Made by a program: the position numbers and the translations under genes. From the IMG/VR virus record IMGVR_UViG_3300006024_000025, positions 1-24,548 of that record: DNA of 24,548 nt; one strand, given 5' to 3'. Source of the stretch: a virus. Taxonomy: Duplodnaviria; Caudoviricetes. Positions 15,109 to 24,548 of the stretch are shown here, in pieces (the stretch's first letter is position 1; the number at the start of each line of letters is the position of its first letter). Under the pieces are notes generated by a model that ran no database searches, was not told the DNA's origin, and saw only the letters and a program-made list of their open reading frames with translations.

Positions 15109-17157
15109 ATGTCAACAAAAGTATACGTTGTCACCCTACATCGTAGGGAAGATCTACCAAATTTTTATGCTGAAATGGCAGGGAATAATATCCCTTTAGA
15201 AAAGAAGAGACCTATCAGTAGAAATACAAATTATTATTTGACTGAAGAACAAGCAGAAGAACTACGTGAAGATTCTAGAGTGTGGGGCGTAGAAGCCGCA
15301 GAAGATTTTAAGATTAAAAGATCTGTTGTTAACAGAGAACCATACGGTAAGAGTGGTAACTTTTGGAAAGCTGATACTCAGGGACAATCGACTATTAGTC
15401 CTAACGATTTGCAGTGGGGGCATTTACACTGTGCAGGAAATGATGGACAACGTGGTAAGAATAATTTTGGACCTGTTAATTTGGGATGGAATTACGAACA
15501 AACAAATGAAGATGTTGAAGTCTTTAATTCTGGTAAACATGTAGATGTCGTTATTGTTGATGATTGTATGTCATTTGATAGTGAAGAGTGGTATAGTCAA
15601 TCTACTGCCAAGACAAGATTTGTTGAGTATCAGTGGTTAAATGAATTGAATACTTTGGTTAATAGTATTGATGATGATGCACAATCAGAACCAACTGGTA
15701 GTATTACATACCATCAAAATGTTAATATGTCTTCTTATCATGGTAACCATGTAGCAGGTACTGTTGCTGGACAGCATTATGGATGGGCAAGAGAAGCAAA
15801 TATATACAATCTTGCAGTTATTGATCCATGGGCATCTGGTCAGTCAATTCCTCCACTACTAATCTTTGATTACCTTAGAGCATTTCATAGATCAAAAGGT
15901 ATCAATTCAGAAACAGGTAAGAAGAATCCTACCATAACCAACCATAGTTATGGTGGTATTAGATACATGCCTAATGAGCAGAATCTTACATTTGGTGATC
16001 TGATATCGGTAACATTCAGAGGGATACAGTATGATTCTGGTAATCCAGGACCATCTGGTTGGACTCAGAGTGGTGTGGAAGATGATTTTGGTGTTAGATT
16101 TAATCTGTCAGAGTATCCAACATATAGTGCATCGATTGCTGCTGATGTGCAAGATGCTGTTGCGGAAGGTGTTGTTGTTGTGGGAGCTGCTGGAAATGAT
16201 AATTTATTGGTAGCAGATGTAGGTGATCAAGATTGGGATAATGTCATGCAAGTTAATGGTGCTGGAACTTTCTTTTATAATAGAGGTGCATGGCCTAATA
16301 GTCCTGATAGTGGTGCAATAAATGTTGGTGCTTTAAATAAACAAGCAGACTTTAGAAGATCTACTTACACACAATTTGGTCCTGGCATTAACGTCTTTGC
16401 TCCTGGTGATAATATTGTATCCGCATATGGAAATGGTGGTTTGAATGATAGTAAATACGGACAAGGATCTGGTAATTATTATTATCCTATTTCAGGAACT
16501 AGTATGGCATCACCTCAGGTATGTGGTGTACTTGCTTGCTTAGCAACAGGAAAGGATAGATTTAATCAAGAACAAGCGTTTGCATACATAGAAAAGTTTT
16601 CTAAAGATGGTGATATGACATTCAATCTTTCTGGTGGAGGGTTGGGTGATAATACTTGTTCGTTTGGTAGTCCAGACAAATATCTTTTAGCAAAGTCACC
16701 AAGAGAAATTGTTGGTTTCATTAAGGATGTTGATGGTAGAAGAAAATTTGGTGGTCAAACATATCCTAGATCTCATAGATTATTTTCGGAACCTCCTGTA
16801 AGTCAGTCTGTGACTGTTACATTTACTGTAGTTGTAGGATCTGGAAATTATGTTATGACTGGAACTGATAGAGTTAATACATTTACCGATGCTTTTGATC
16901 CAACCATTAGAGTTAATGCTGGAGATAAGATTATATTCACAATAGATGTATCTGGACATCCATTTTTAATTAAGACTGCTGCTACTACTGGACTTGGTAA
17001 TCAACTTCAAACTTATAGTGGTAGTGGTAATGGAGTTTTGAGAAATGGTACGGTTGATGGTGACGTTACACTTTACACAGAAGGTTTGTCAGGAACCACA
17101 CTTTATTATGTTTGTCAGTTCCATAGTTCCATGCAGGGACAGATCATTATCTCGTAA
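15109..17157 (+). CDS. S8 (subtilisin-like) serine protease with N-terminal propeptide and C-terminal cupredoxin-like domain
   Basis: Catalytic Asp in VDVVIVDD (~15559), His in HGNHVAGTVAG (15739), oxyanion Asn in AAGND (16195), Ser in SGTSMASP (16501); C-terminal GHPF...YVCQFHSSMQG; GAGGAG Shine-Dalgarno. Confidence 0.9.
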   Translation: MSTKVYVVTLHRREDLPNFYAEMAGNNIPLEKKRPISRNTNYYLTEEQAEELREDSRVWGVEAAEDFKIKRSVVNREPYGKSGNFWKADTQGQSTISPNDLQWGHLHCAGNDGQRGKNNFGPVNLGWNYEQTNEDVEVFNSGKHVDVVIVDDCMSFDSEEWYSQSTAKTRFVEYQWLNELNTLVNSIDDDAQSEPTGSITYHQNVNMSSYHGNHVAGTVAGQHYGWAREANIYNLAVIDPWASGQSIPPLLIFDYLRAFHRSKGINSETGKKNPTITNHSYGGIRYMPNEQNLTFGDLISVTFRGIQYDSGNPGPSGWTQSGVEDDFGVRFNLSEYPTYSASIAADVQDAVAEGVVVVGAAGNDNLLVADVGDQDWDNVMQVNGAGTFFYNRGAWPNSPDSGAINVGALNKQADFRRSTYTQFGPGINVFAPGDNIVSAYGNGGLNDSKYGQGSGNYYYPISGTSMASPQVCGVLACLATGKDRFNQEQAFAYIEKFSKDGDMTFNLSGGGLGDNTCSFGSPDKYLLAKSPREIVGFIKDVDGRRKFGGQTYPRSHRLFSEPPVSQSVTVTFTVVVGSGNYVMTGTDRVNTFTDAFDPTIRVNAGDKIIFTIDVSGHPFLIKTAATTGLGNQLQTYSGSGNGVLRNGTVDGDVTLYTEGLSGTTLYYVCQFHSSMQGQIIIS

Positions 17158-17160
17158 CGT

Positions 17161-17168
17161 CATAAATA
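17161..17168 (+). promoter_or_regulatory. T4-type late promoter (CATAAATA)
   Basis: Intergenic NATAAATA 30 nt upstream of ATG 17198. Confidence 0.7.
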
Positions 17169-17197
17169 AACAAGAGCACTAGTACCCGATAGGTTAG

Positions 17198-20100
17198 ATG
17201 GCTGATCGTTTTCCATTAATTGTTAATTCTACATCAAAAAAGATTGAAGAACTTGTAGCAGGAGACAACTTAGAACTATCCAACAATGGGATTGTGGTTA
17301 GTGGAGATACAGGTGCGGGAAAATATTTAACGAGTGATGGCACGAATGTTTTCTGGGGTTTACCTGGTGATGTCTACTTAACACAAACCCAGACGTTAGA
17401 AAATAAGGTCTTCAATAACTGTACCATATCTGGTAACTTAAATACTTTAACTAATATCTCTAACAGTGCTCTAGTTAATAGCGGTATTACTATTAATGGA
17501 ACTACTATTCCTCTTGGTGGATCAGTAGTTACTCCTAACGATAATACTACTTACGCTCTGTCTGCTGATGATGGTGCATCTGCAGCATCAAAAACTATTT
17601 TAATTACTGCCACTCCTGGTGGTACTACCAGTAGTGTTAATTTTGCGGTTGCAACTGCAAGTTCTGTACCATCAGGTGAGAATGCTATTAACTTATCACT
17701 GGGTAGATCTGGAGATACAATCACCCTAACAGGAACGGTTCTAGACAATAATACTATTACTAGACTACAGTCACAGTCAGGTGGTAACTTAGTTTCTGGT
17801 GATGTTACTATCGCTGCTGGTAACTTTACTACAGTATCTCAGGTAGGACAAACAATTACTGTCTCTGGTCAGGACACTGATACTATTACTAGAGTTAGAG
17901 CAACCACTGGTCAGTCATATGCTGCTGGTGACTTTACATTCCTTGCGGGTGGTGCTGCTTCTGTAACTCAGGGTCAGGATGCAAATAGTGATCCAACAAT
18001 TACTTACGAATCAGTTAATACTGTTACTAGACTTAAGGGTGGTTCTTCTGGATCATTAACATCTGGTGATGTTACTATCACTGGTGGAAATGCTCTTGGT
18101 GGAAACGTAGCAGTATCACAAAGTGGAAGCACTATTGAGATTGATAGCACAGATACCAACACAGTAACACAGTTGGCCAGTGGATCAGAGGTTCTTGGGT
18201 CTGGTGATTTTAGATTTCTTGCATCTGGTGCTACTAGTATTAGTGCAGCAGACAACTCTGGTGTAACTGAGATTACTATCAGTTCTGTTAACACTGACAC
18301 TGGTGCATCTCAGTCTGCTGCTGGTGGTCTTGTAAAAGCAGGGAATGAATTTAGTATTAAGAACAATGCTAACTTCATTGGTAACACTGTCATGAAGTGG
18401 GACAGTGGTAACTCACAACTTACTAATAGTATCCTTGAGGATGATGGAACAACACTCACCGTTGGTGGTGACTTAGTTGTAGAGGGTACACAAACTATTT
18501 TTAACACCAGTGTTCTTCAAGTAGAAGATAATCTTATTGAACTGAGAAAAGGTAATAGTTTAACAGCTGCTAGTGGTGGTATTCAAGTTAACCTAACTTC
18601 AGATAGTGAGGGTAATATTGAATCCTATAGACAACTAGAATGGTTTAATAGTGGTGGATACTGGAGATCATTTGATGGTTCTATTGACAATAGATTTGTA
18701 ACAGAGAATGAGACACAGACTCTTACTAATAAGACTCTAACATCTCCTACGATGACCAACCCAGAGTTGGGAACTGCTACTGCTACAACTATTAATGGTG
18801 TTACCATTTCTACAGCATCATCAGCAACACTTACTATCAGAGATGCTAAAGAACTTAATGTACAAAGAGATCTTTTATTAACATCAGATAACAACCTACA
18901 AGAAATTACTGTCAACTTCAGACAGGGTGGTAGTGTAGCAATGACTTCGGATACTCTTGCAGTATTCAACTCAACAACTTCTACACAGTTGAGAGCATTG
19001 GTTAGTGATACTACTGGTACTGCTAAACTAGTATTCCAAGACAATCCTAATATTATTAATGGAATGACCACCACATCCAGTGGTCTTACACTCTTTAATA
19101 CTACTGCAACTTCTATTCTTGCTTATGGTGCAGCAGAATCTATTACCTTTGGTGCAGCAACTGGTACAACATTAATCAATCATAGTCTTGAAGTTACAAA
19201 GAATGCTACTCTTGGAACAGGTTCTAGTGATGAGCTTGTAGTAAATGCAACTGCTAACTTTGAAGAGGCTGATATTCTAATTCGTGGTACACAGACAGAT
19301 CCAATGTCTATTGGTAGAGGTGCTGGTGCTGTTGGAACTAATACTAGAATGGGTGTTGCATGTTTAGATAACATCACTTCAGGATCTCAAAATACTGCGA
19401 TTGGCTACAAAGCACTCCTCACATGTAATAGCGGTGCATCGAATACTGCAGTGGGTGTAAGGGCTTTGAGTCAAAATGGTATCGGCACGAACAATATTTC
19501 AATAGGCCGAGATTCAATGCTCTCAAATACTTCGGGAGATAAGAACGTTGGGGTTGGTAACAATACATTAGAGAGCAACACTGCGGGAGAAGCGAATGTC
19601 TGTATTGGACACTATGCTGGTTATGGTATTACTGGTACTGGTAACGTTGTTATTGGACCAGCAGATAATGAGAACTCAACTAACGTAACTTACCAGTTAG
19701 ATAATCCATCTGGTGATAGACAGTTAGTTATTGGTTCTGGTACAGAAGCATGGATTAAAGGTAATGCTTCGTTTGATACTACTGTTAATAATAACTTGAC
19801 TGTTAATGGTGATGCTTTAGTACAAGGATCATTAACAGTTAACGGTACTGTTGTTAGTATCAACTCAACCACTATGCAGGTTGATGATAAGAACATAGAA
19901 CTTGCTTCTGTTGTTAACACTACCTTCTCTTGTGTTACAGTTGATGGATCTAATGCTATTACAAGTATTACACCAACTGCAGGTTTGATTCCTGGTATGG
20001 AAGTTAACTCCACCACTGGTGGTATTAGCGTTCCTCTTGGCACGACTATTGTTTCACTTAATGCTAACACAGCGGTACTTTCAAACTCTGTTGTTGGTAG

Positions 20101-20824
20101 TGGAACAGCAAATATTGTTGCTTCTGGTCCTTCTGATCTTGCAGCAAATGGTGGTGGTATTATTCTTAAGGGACTTGATGGATCACTTGGTGGTACAGGA
20201 GATAAGACAATCCTTTATGACCACAGCAGATCAGATAAGTATTGGACATTCTCAGAAAACCTTGAGATTGCATTCGGTAAGAAGTTTGTTATTGGTAACC
20301 AGTTAGCACTATCTGCTACTGCTCTTGGTTCAACAGTTGTTGACTCTTCATTAACATCAGTTGGTGTTCTAGTTGGTCCTTCTGGATCACCTGCACTAGA
20401 AGTTAATGGTGCTGCTGTTCTTGGTGGTAGAGTTCTTGAAAAATCATTTAGTAGTTTCAGTTCAGGATTTACTATCAATAGTAATGTTATTAGTATCACT
20501 GCTGCTGCAGCAAATACTGTTTGTGGTAACACTTCATCCAACACTGCTATTAATGAGTGGGCGTTTAATACTGCTGACCCAGATGGTAACTTTATTGCAA
20601 ATAACCAGTCACTTACACTTACTCTAATTGTGGATGCTTCTACTGCGTCTACATATGGTGATGCTTGTTCTGTTGATGGAAACAGCATTACTAATGGTGT
20701 TGAATGGTCGGGTGGTTCACCACCAATTGCTACATCAAATACCGACATTCTCACTTTTGTAATTATCAAAGACGGTTCTGGTGTTATTAGAGTCTTTGGT
20801 CAGGGTAATACAGACTTTAGTTAG
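17198..20824 (+). CDS. Long tail-fibre/adhesin-like structural protein with YadA-head-like repeats
   Basis: 1208 aa, Thr/Ser/Gly-rich; MADRFPLIV N-terminus; TQTLTNKTLTSP fibre motif; NTAIG/NTAVG/NISIG/NVGVG/NVCIG repeats; two LxVxGT...lqVeDxxIEL modules. Confidence 0.78.
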   Translation: MADRFPLIVNSTSKKIEELVAGDNLELSNNGIVVSGDTGAGKYLTSDGTNVFWGLPGDVYLTQTQTLENKVFNNCTISGNLNTLTNISNSALVNSGITINGTTIPLGGSVVTPNDNTTYALSADDGASAASKTILITATPGGTTSSVNFAVATASSVPSGENAINLSLGRSGDTITLTGTVLDNNTITRLQSQSGGNLVSGDVTIAAGNFTTVSQVGQTITVSGQDTDTITRVRATTGQSYAAGDFTFLAGGAASVTQGQDANSDPTITYESVNTVTRLKGGSSGSLTSGDVTITGGNALGGNVAVSQSGSTIEIDSTDTNTVTQLASGSEVLGSGDFRFLASGATSISAADNSGVTEITISSVNTDTGASQSAAGGLVKAGNEFSIKNNANFIGNTVMKWDSGNSQLTNSILEDDGTTLTVGGDLVVEGTQTIFNTSVLQVEDNLIELRKGNSLTAASGGIQVNLTSDSEGNIESYRQLEWFNSGGYWRSFDGSIDNRFVTENETQTLTNKTLTSPTMTNPELGTATATTINGVTISTASSATLTIRDAKELNVQRDLLLTSDNNLQEITVNFRQGGSVAMTSDTLAVFNSTTSTQLRALVSDTTGTAKLVFQDNPNIINGMTTTSSGLTLFNTTATSILAYGAAESITFGAATGTTLINHSLEVTKNATLGTGSSDELVVNATANFEEADILIRGTQTDPMSIGRGAGAVGTNTRMGVACLDNITSGSQNTAIGYKALLTCNSGASNTAVGVRALSQNGIGTNNISIGRDSMLSNTSGDKNVGVGNNTLESNTAGEANVCIGHYAGYGITGTGNVVIGPADNENSTNVTYQLDNPSGDRQLVIGSGTEAWIKGNASFDTTVNNNLTVNGDALVQGSLTVNGTVVSINSTTMQVDDKNIELASVVNTTFSCVTVDGSNAITSITPTAGLIPGMEVNSTTGGISVPLGTTIVSLNANTAVLSNSVVGSGTANIVASGPSDLAANGGGIILKGLDGSLGGTGDKTILYDHSRSDKYWTFSENLEIAFGKKFVIGNQLALSATALGSTVVDSSLTSVGVLVGPSGSPALEVNGAAVLGGRVLEKSFSSFSSGFTINSNVISITAAAANTVCGNTSSNTAINEWAFNTADPDGNFIANNQSLTLTLIVDASTASTYGDACSVDGNSITNGVEWSGGSPPIATSNTDILTFVIIKDGSGVIRVFGQGNTDFS
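17744..18300 (+). repeat. Four tandem ~45-aa repeats (NT[I/V]TR...GD[V/F]T...G)
   Basis: DNNTITRLQ..SGDVTIAAG / DTDTITRVR..AGDFTFLAGG / VNTVTRLK..SGDVTITGG / DTNTVTQL..SGDFRFLASG. Confidence 0.8.
19340..19660 (+). repeat. 14-residue YadA-head-like beta-roll repeats
   Basis: NTRMG, NTAIG, NTAVG, NISIG, NVGVG and NVCIG at 14-aa spacing, then NVVIG. Confidence 0.75.
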
Positions 20825-20835
20825 AGGACTTATAA

Positions 20836-23800
20836 ATGCCAGTAGGATTTAGTAGTGCCGCGAGGAACTTATTTCTTTTAGGTTCAACGGGATCGGTTGC
20901 ATCAAACTTTTTTAAACAGGTAGATGAGTCTGCAAACTCTTTGGGTACTTGGATACCAAAAAGTATAATCTACAATGATGCTGATGAAAAATATATTCTT
21001 GGTGGATATCATAAAGATTCCAACACAAAAGATCATGGTTGGATTAGTAAGAGAGATTATGATGCTGAAACTGATCCAGAGAACCCAACAACGACAGAAG
21101 AATGGAGTGTAGGATCTCAATATACAGTACCTAATGGTGGTAGTGTTAGATTCAATTCAATAAAACTTGATTCTAATGGTAAAGTTATTATAGCTGGAGA
21201 TTTTAATAGTGGTACTGGTAATAGACCATTAGTTGCTAGGTATTCTGCTACTGGTATATTGGAATGGCAAGCAACAAGTAATTATGTTGGTGGAGCAAAT
21301 GATATTACTTCCGATGATAATAATAATTATTATATTTGTGGACTTGATGGTTTAGGTGAGGCTTTTGTTGAAAAATATGATACAGATGGAAATCCTATAT
21401 GGGGGAAGGTAATATCTACTGGGAATGCAAACACTAATACTACTTTACAAAGTATTGGTGTTAATAATAGAGGAGAAGTTGTTGCTGGTGGGACACTGGA
21501 TGCTACTAATCCTCATCGTGGATATCTTGTAAAGATTAATACTGATAGTGGTGAAGTCTTGTGGGATAAAACATTCTATCGTGCATATGATCAGGATGGT
21601 AATACTACCTTTGGGTATAATGCAGTAGTAAAGATATTACAATTGTATGTTGATACTAGAGATCAAATTTATGTGACTGGTGTATATGGTAGTCCATCAC
21701 GTCAGTGGATTGCTAAATTAACACCAGAAGGAAATATTATTTGGCAGAGGGGAACTACAAATACAACAAATGTTATGGGTGGTCAAGATATAATGCCCAT
21801 AGGAATTAGATCTGATGGTGAAACAGAACAGACTATTGTTTTATCAAGACAAGCAGATACCTCACAACTTTATCTTATCTTATCAAAATATTCTAAGAGT
21901 GGTGAACTTGTGTGGAGAAGAAAGTTAGATAAGGGTAATGCATTTAGTGCTTCTCCTCTTAGAAGTTATGGTATTAGCTTAGATGCAGACCCATCTTTTT
22001 ATTATATTTCATATGTAGATCAATCTTTCAATGCTGTTTCTGGAACACCAGATACTTACTACTTTGGTAAAGTAAGTAGTTCTGGTAATGGTATAGGTGC
22101 TTTTGATTATGATGATGGTAGTGCAGTAGCATTAGAGTATACAGTTAGTAGTCAGACTGATACAACAGAAAGATTGAAAGATGGTTCTGTTAGAAATGAT
22201 ACTAGTGACATGATGTCATATCCTTTCACTGCTGATCAAGTAATATTTGATGATCTTGCTACACCTGTTGCAAATAAAAAGAGAAGAGTAACTGGTAAAG
22301 ATACTGTTGATTTCAGCGGTAGTCCTGCTATTAGAACTAGAGATTTTCCAGCAACAAATTTACTAGCTGCTGATTATAGTGGAACTGGAGATTGGTTGGA
22401 TAAATCTAATAACGAAAACAATGGTGTATTAGTTAATCCATCACATGAATCTGATCCTCCAGATCATTTTGAGATTAACAATACCAGACGTATTGAGTTA
22501 CAAAATTATAGTGTTTCTAATAAGACAGATTTTTCTGTTGAGACATGGGTTAAGTTTGATAGCTTATCAGCATGGGATACCTCCAGTGGGTATATTTGGG
22601 ATCAATCTACTGATGATAGTGGATGTTCTTTACGTGTGTTAGATACATCTGGTAAGGAGTTGCAAATAACACTAAACCCATCAGGAACTTCACTAACGTA
22701 TAACGTAACAGGTACTACTGTGCAAACAGATATTTGGTATCACGTAGTTACTACTTTTGATGCTCCTAATAATGGAGTGAGTATGTATATTGATGGTGGT
22801 AAACTTGGGACAAGTTCTCTTAGTTGGAGTCAAGTTAAATCTTTATCTCAAGAACTTCCATTTACAATTGGATCATCTGCACGAACTTTATCATCAACAG
22901 CAGGTGAAGCAGTGTATACAACTCCTGGAACATATCAATTAGATGTTAGTGGACTATCATCAGTATCAGCTGTTTTAGTTGGTGGTGGAGGAGGAGGTTC
23001 TGCTTCTACTTCTTCATCGAATGGAACCTCTGGTGGTGGAGGTGGTGGTGGTGCTTTAAGTTGGATCAATAATCTTGATGTCAGTGGAGAATCAACGTTA
23101 TACATTACTGTTGGTGTTGGTGGAGATGGTGGAAGCATCGCTGGTACAGATGATGCTAATGCTGGTGACGATAGTTATCTTCGTTTTAATAGTCATTCAG
23201 GAACTATTGTTGCTAGAGCAGGTGGTGGTGGCAAAGGAGAATATAGTAATCCAAACATTGTTCAAAATGGTGGAACAGATTATTCAGGAACATATGGTGG
23301 TGGAGGTTCTACCAGTGGTGGTGGTGATGGAGGTCGTGGAGGTCGTGGACAAAGTGGTCATCAATGCGGTGGCGGTGGAGGAGCTGGTGGATATTCTGGT
23401 GATGGTGGTAGTGGTAGTGATGGATCCCAAAGTAATGCAACCGCTGGATCAGGTGGAGGTGGTGGAGGTGCTGGTGGTTTAAACAGCACAGGAAATTATT
23501 TGCCCATAGAAGGTGGTGGTGGAGTTGGTATCTATGGAGAAGGTGTTAGTGGACAAGCTGGTATATCTAGAAGTGGAACAAGTGCATCTGATGTTCAGGA
23601 ATCAAGAGGTTATGCAGGATCTGGTGGAACATCTAAGGATCCTTCGACTAGCACTCAAGAGAAAGGATATGGTGGTGGAGGAACTGGTAACGAAGATGAT
23701 GGTGATAATGGAGCGGCAGATGGAGCTGGTGGTGCAGTAAGAGTTATATGGGGTACTAATAGATTATTTCCTTCTACCAATGTAGAAGAAGATGCGGGTG

Positions 23801-24548
23801 GATCTGATACTAGAGAATATATGGATGGTGATATTGCAGAGTTTAGAATTTATGATCATGTTTTAACTGATGCACAAGTATACCAGAATTATAATGCTAC
23901 TAAGTCCAAGTATATTAATGAAGCAATTGATACAGCACCTCTAGTTACTTCTAATATTGTAGTTGATAGTAACTTGCTTCTGCACTATGACTTTGGAAAC
24001 AGAGCATGTTATGAACCTGCTGAGAATATTATAAGACATAGTGAAGACTTTAAGGTAGATGTTGGAAATAGTTGGGGAGAGAATAGTGCAAATTGGTTGG
24101 ATAATTCAAAAATAATTGCCAACTATGCTTTGTCTCCTTTTAAATGGGATAAAGAAATGAGAGCAAGTAAATTACTTAATGATGCTGGCAGTTCAAAGTG
24201 GTTAAGTTTCAGACCAAATTATTTTCTTAATGGATCTTATGATACTACTGGTCAGCATACTATTAGTCTATATGTTAAAGCAATTTCCAATCCTTGCAAT
24301 CTTTCAATTGGTCAATGGGATGGATTTAGTTTTAGAAATACAATCTTCAATTTAGTAAGTGGTGTAGAAGCTTCTACTACCAACACAGATGCTACTAGTA
24401 TTCAAGCACTTGGAGATGGGTGGTATAGAATTAGTAGCACTGCAACTAATCAAAGCTCTAACACAGCTTATCAAATGCAACTTGCTGATGGAATAGAATT
24501 TTTGATGATGGGAGCACAGATGGAAAAAGGAAATCTTAGTAAATATAA
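20836..24548 (+). CDS. Large multidomain virion/adhesin protein (beta-propeller + LamG/ConA-like + Gly-rich + spike-like domains), 3' truncated
   Basis: Not in the ORF track because it has no stop in the window. ATG 20836 follows GAGGA and the frame reads MPVGFSSAARNLFLLGS... to the window end (>=1237 aa). Propeller-like repeats (ARYSATGILEWQ, EKYDTDGNPIWG, KINTDSGEVLWD, AKLTPEGNIIWQ, SKYSKSGELVWR); LamG motifs FSVETWVKF, WYHVVTTFD, MYIDG, FTIG, GDIAEFRIYD. Confidence 0.85.
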   Translation, partial: MPVGFSSAARNLFLLGSTGSVASNFFKQVDESANSLGTWIPKSIIYNDADEKYILGGYHKDSNTKDHGWISKRDYDAETDPENPTTTEEWSVGSQYTVPNGGSVRFNSIKLDSNGKVIIAGDFNSGTGNRPLVARYSATGILEWQATSNYVGGANDITSDDNNNYYICGLDGLGEAFVEKYDTDGNPIWGKVISTGNANTNTTLQSIGVNNRGEVVAGGTLDATNPHRGYLVKINTDSGEVLWDKTFYRAYDQDGNTTFGYNAVVKILQLYVDTRDQIYVTGVYGSPSRQWIAKLTPEGNIIWQRGTTNTTNVMGGQDIMPIGIRSDGETEQTIVLSRQADTSQLYLILSKYSKSGELVWRRKLDKGNAFSASPLRSYGISLDADPSFYYISYVDQSFNAVSGTPDTYYFGKVSSSGNGIGAFDYDDGSAVALEYTVSSQTDTTERLKDGSVRNDTSDMMSYPFTADQVIFDDLATPVANKKRRVTGKDTVDFSGSPAIRTRDFPATNLLAADYSGTGDWLDKSNNENNGVLVNPSHESDPPDHFEINNTRRIELQNYSVSNKTDFSVETWVKFDSLSAWDTSSGYIWDQSTDDSGCSLRVLDTSGKELQITLNPSGTSLTYNVTGTTVQTDIWYHVVTTFDAPNNGVSMYIDGGKLGTSSLSWSQVKSLSQELPFTIGSSARTLSSTAGEAVYTTPGTYQLDVSGLSSVSAVLVGGGGGGSASTSSSNGTSGGGGGGGALSWINNLDVSGESTLYITVGVGGDGGSIAGTDDANAGDDSYLRFNSHSGTIVARAGGGGKGEYSNPNIVQNGGTDYSGTYGGGGSTSGGGDGGRGGRGQSGHQCGGGGGAGGYSGDGGSGSDGSQSNATAGSGGGGGGAGGLNSTGNYLPIEGGGGVGIYGEGVSGQAGISRSGTSASDVQESRGYAGSGGTSKDPSTSTQEKGYGGGGTGNEDDGDNGAADGAGGAVRVIWGTNRLFPSTNVEEDAGGSDTREYMDGDIAEFRIYDHVLTDAQVYQNYNATKSKYINEAIDTAPLVTSNIVVDSNLLLHYDFGNRACYEPAENIIRHSEDFKVDVGNSWGENSANWLDNSKIIANYALSPFKWDKEMRASKLLNDAGSSKWLSFRPNYFLNGSYDTTGQHTISLYVKAISNPCNLSIGQWDGFSFRNTIFNLVSGVEASTTNTDATSIQALGDGWYRISSTATNQSSNTAYQMQLADGIEFLMMGAQMEKGNLSKY

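Noticed and set aside
17551-20769. Series of minus-strand ORFs (65-184 aa) antisense to the long fibre gene
   Set aside because: They are in register with the sense codons and arise from Thr/Ser/Gly/Val codon bias; no recognisable motifs or translation signals
22980-23740. GGT/GGA-rich low-complexity DNA and the Val-rich ORFs 23075-23482 and 23513-23740
   Set aside because: Explained by polyglycine coding in frame +1; not a CRISPR array, satellite or separate gene

Overview
This 24.5 kb window is a gene-dense, AT-rich, entirely plus-strand segment of a T4-like marine cyanomyophage (Prochlorococcus/Synechococcus phage type). The left part (1-11.7 kb) is a replication and auxiliary-metabolism region. 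It holds three conserved hypothetical genes, DNA primase (gp61), class Ia ribonucleotide reductase nrdA/nrdB, a 2OG-Fe(II) oxygenase and two overlapping hypothetical ORFs. These are followed by tandem bilin reductases pebS and pcyA, a GIY-YIG nuclease, transaldolase talC, a glutaredoxin, an orphan Phd/YefM-like peptide and a second 2OG-Fe(II) oxygenase. After an intrinsic terminator and a T4 late promoter (TATAAATA), the right part (11.8-24.5 kb) is a late structural/adhesin module. It has two fibre-like proteins, a subtilisin-type protease fused to a cupredoxin-like domain, and a 1208-aa fibre. It ends with a >1237-aa ORF missing from the supplied track (20836 to window end): a beta-propeller plus a LamG domain with a glycine-rich domain nested inside it. 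Several near-perfect sigma70-type promoters lie inside coding sequences. No tRNA, rRNA, CRISPR array, intron or transposase was seen. Family assignments come from motif recognition only; no searches were run.
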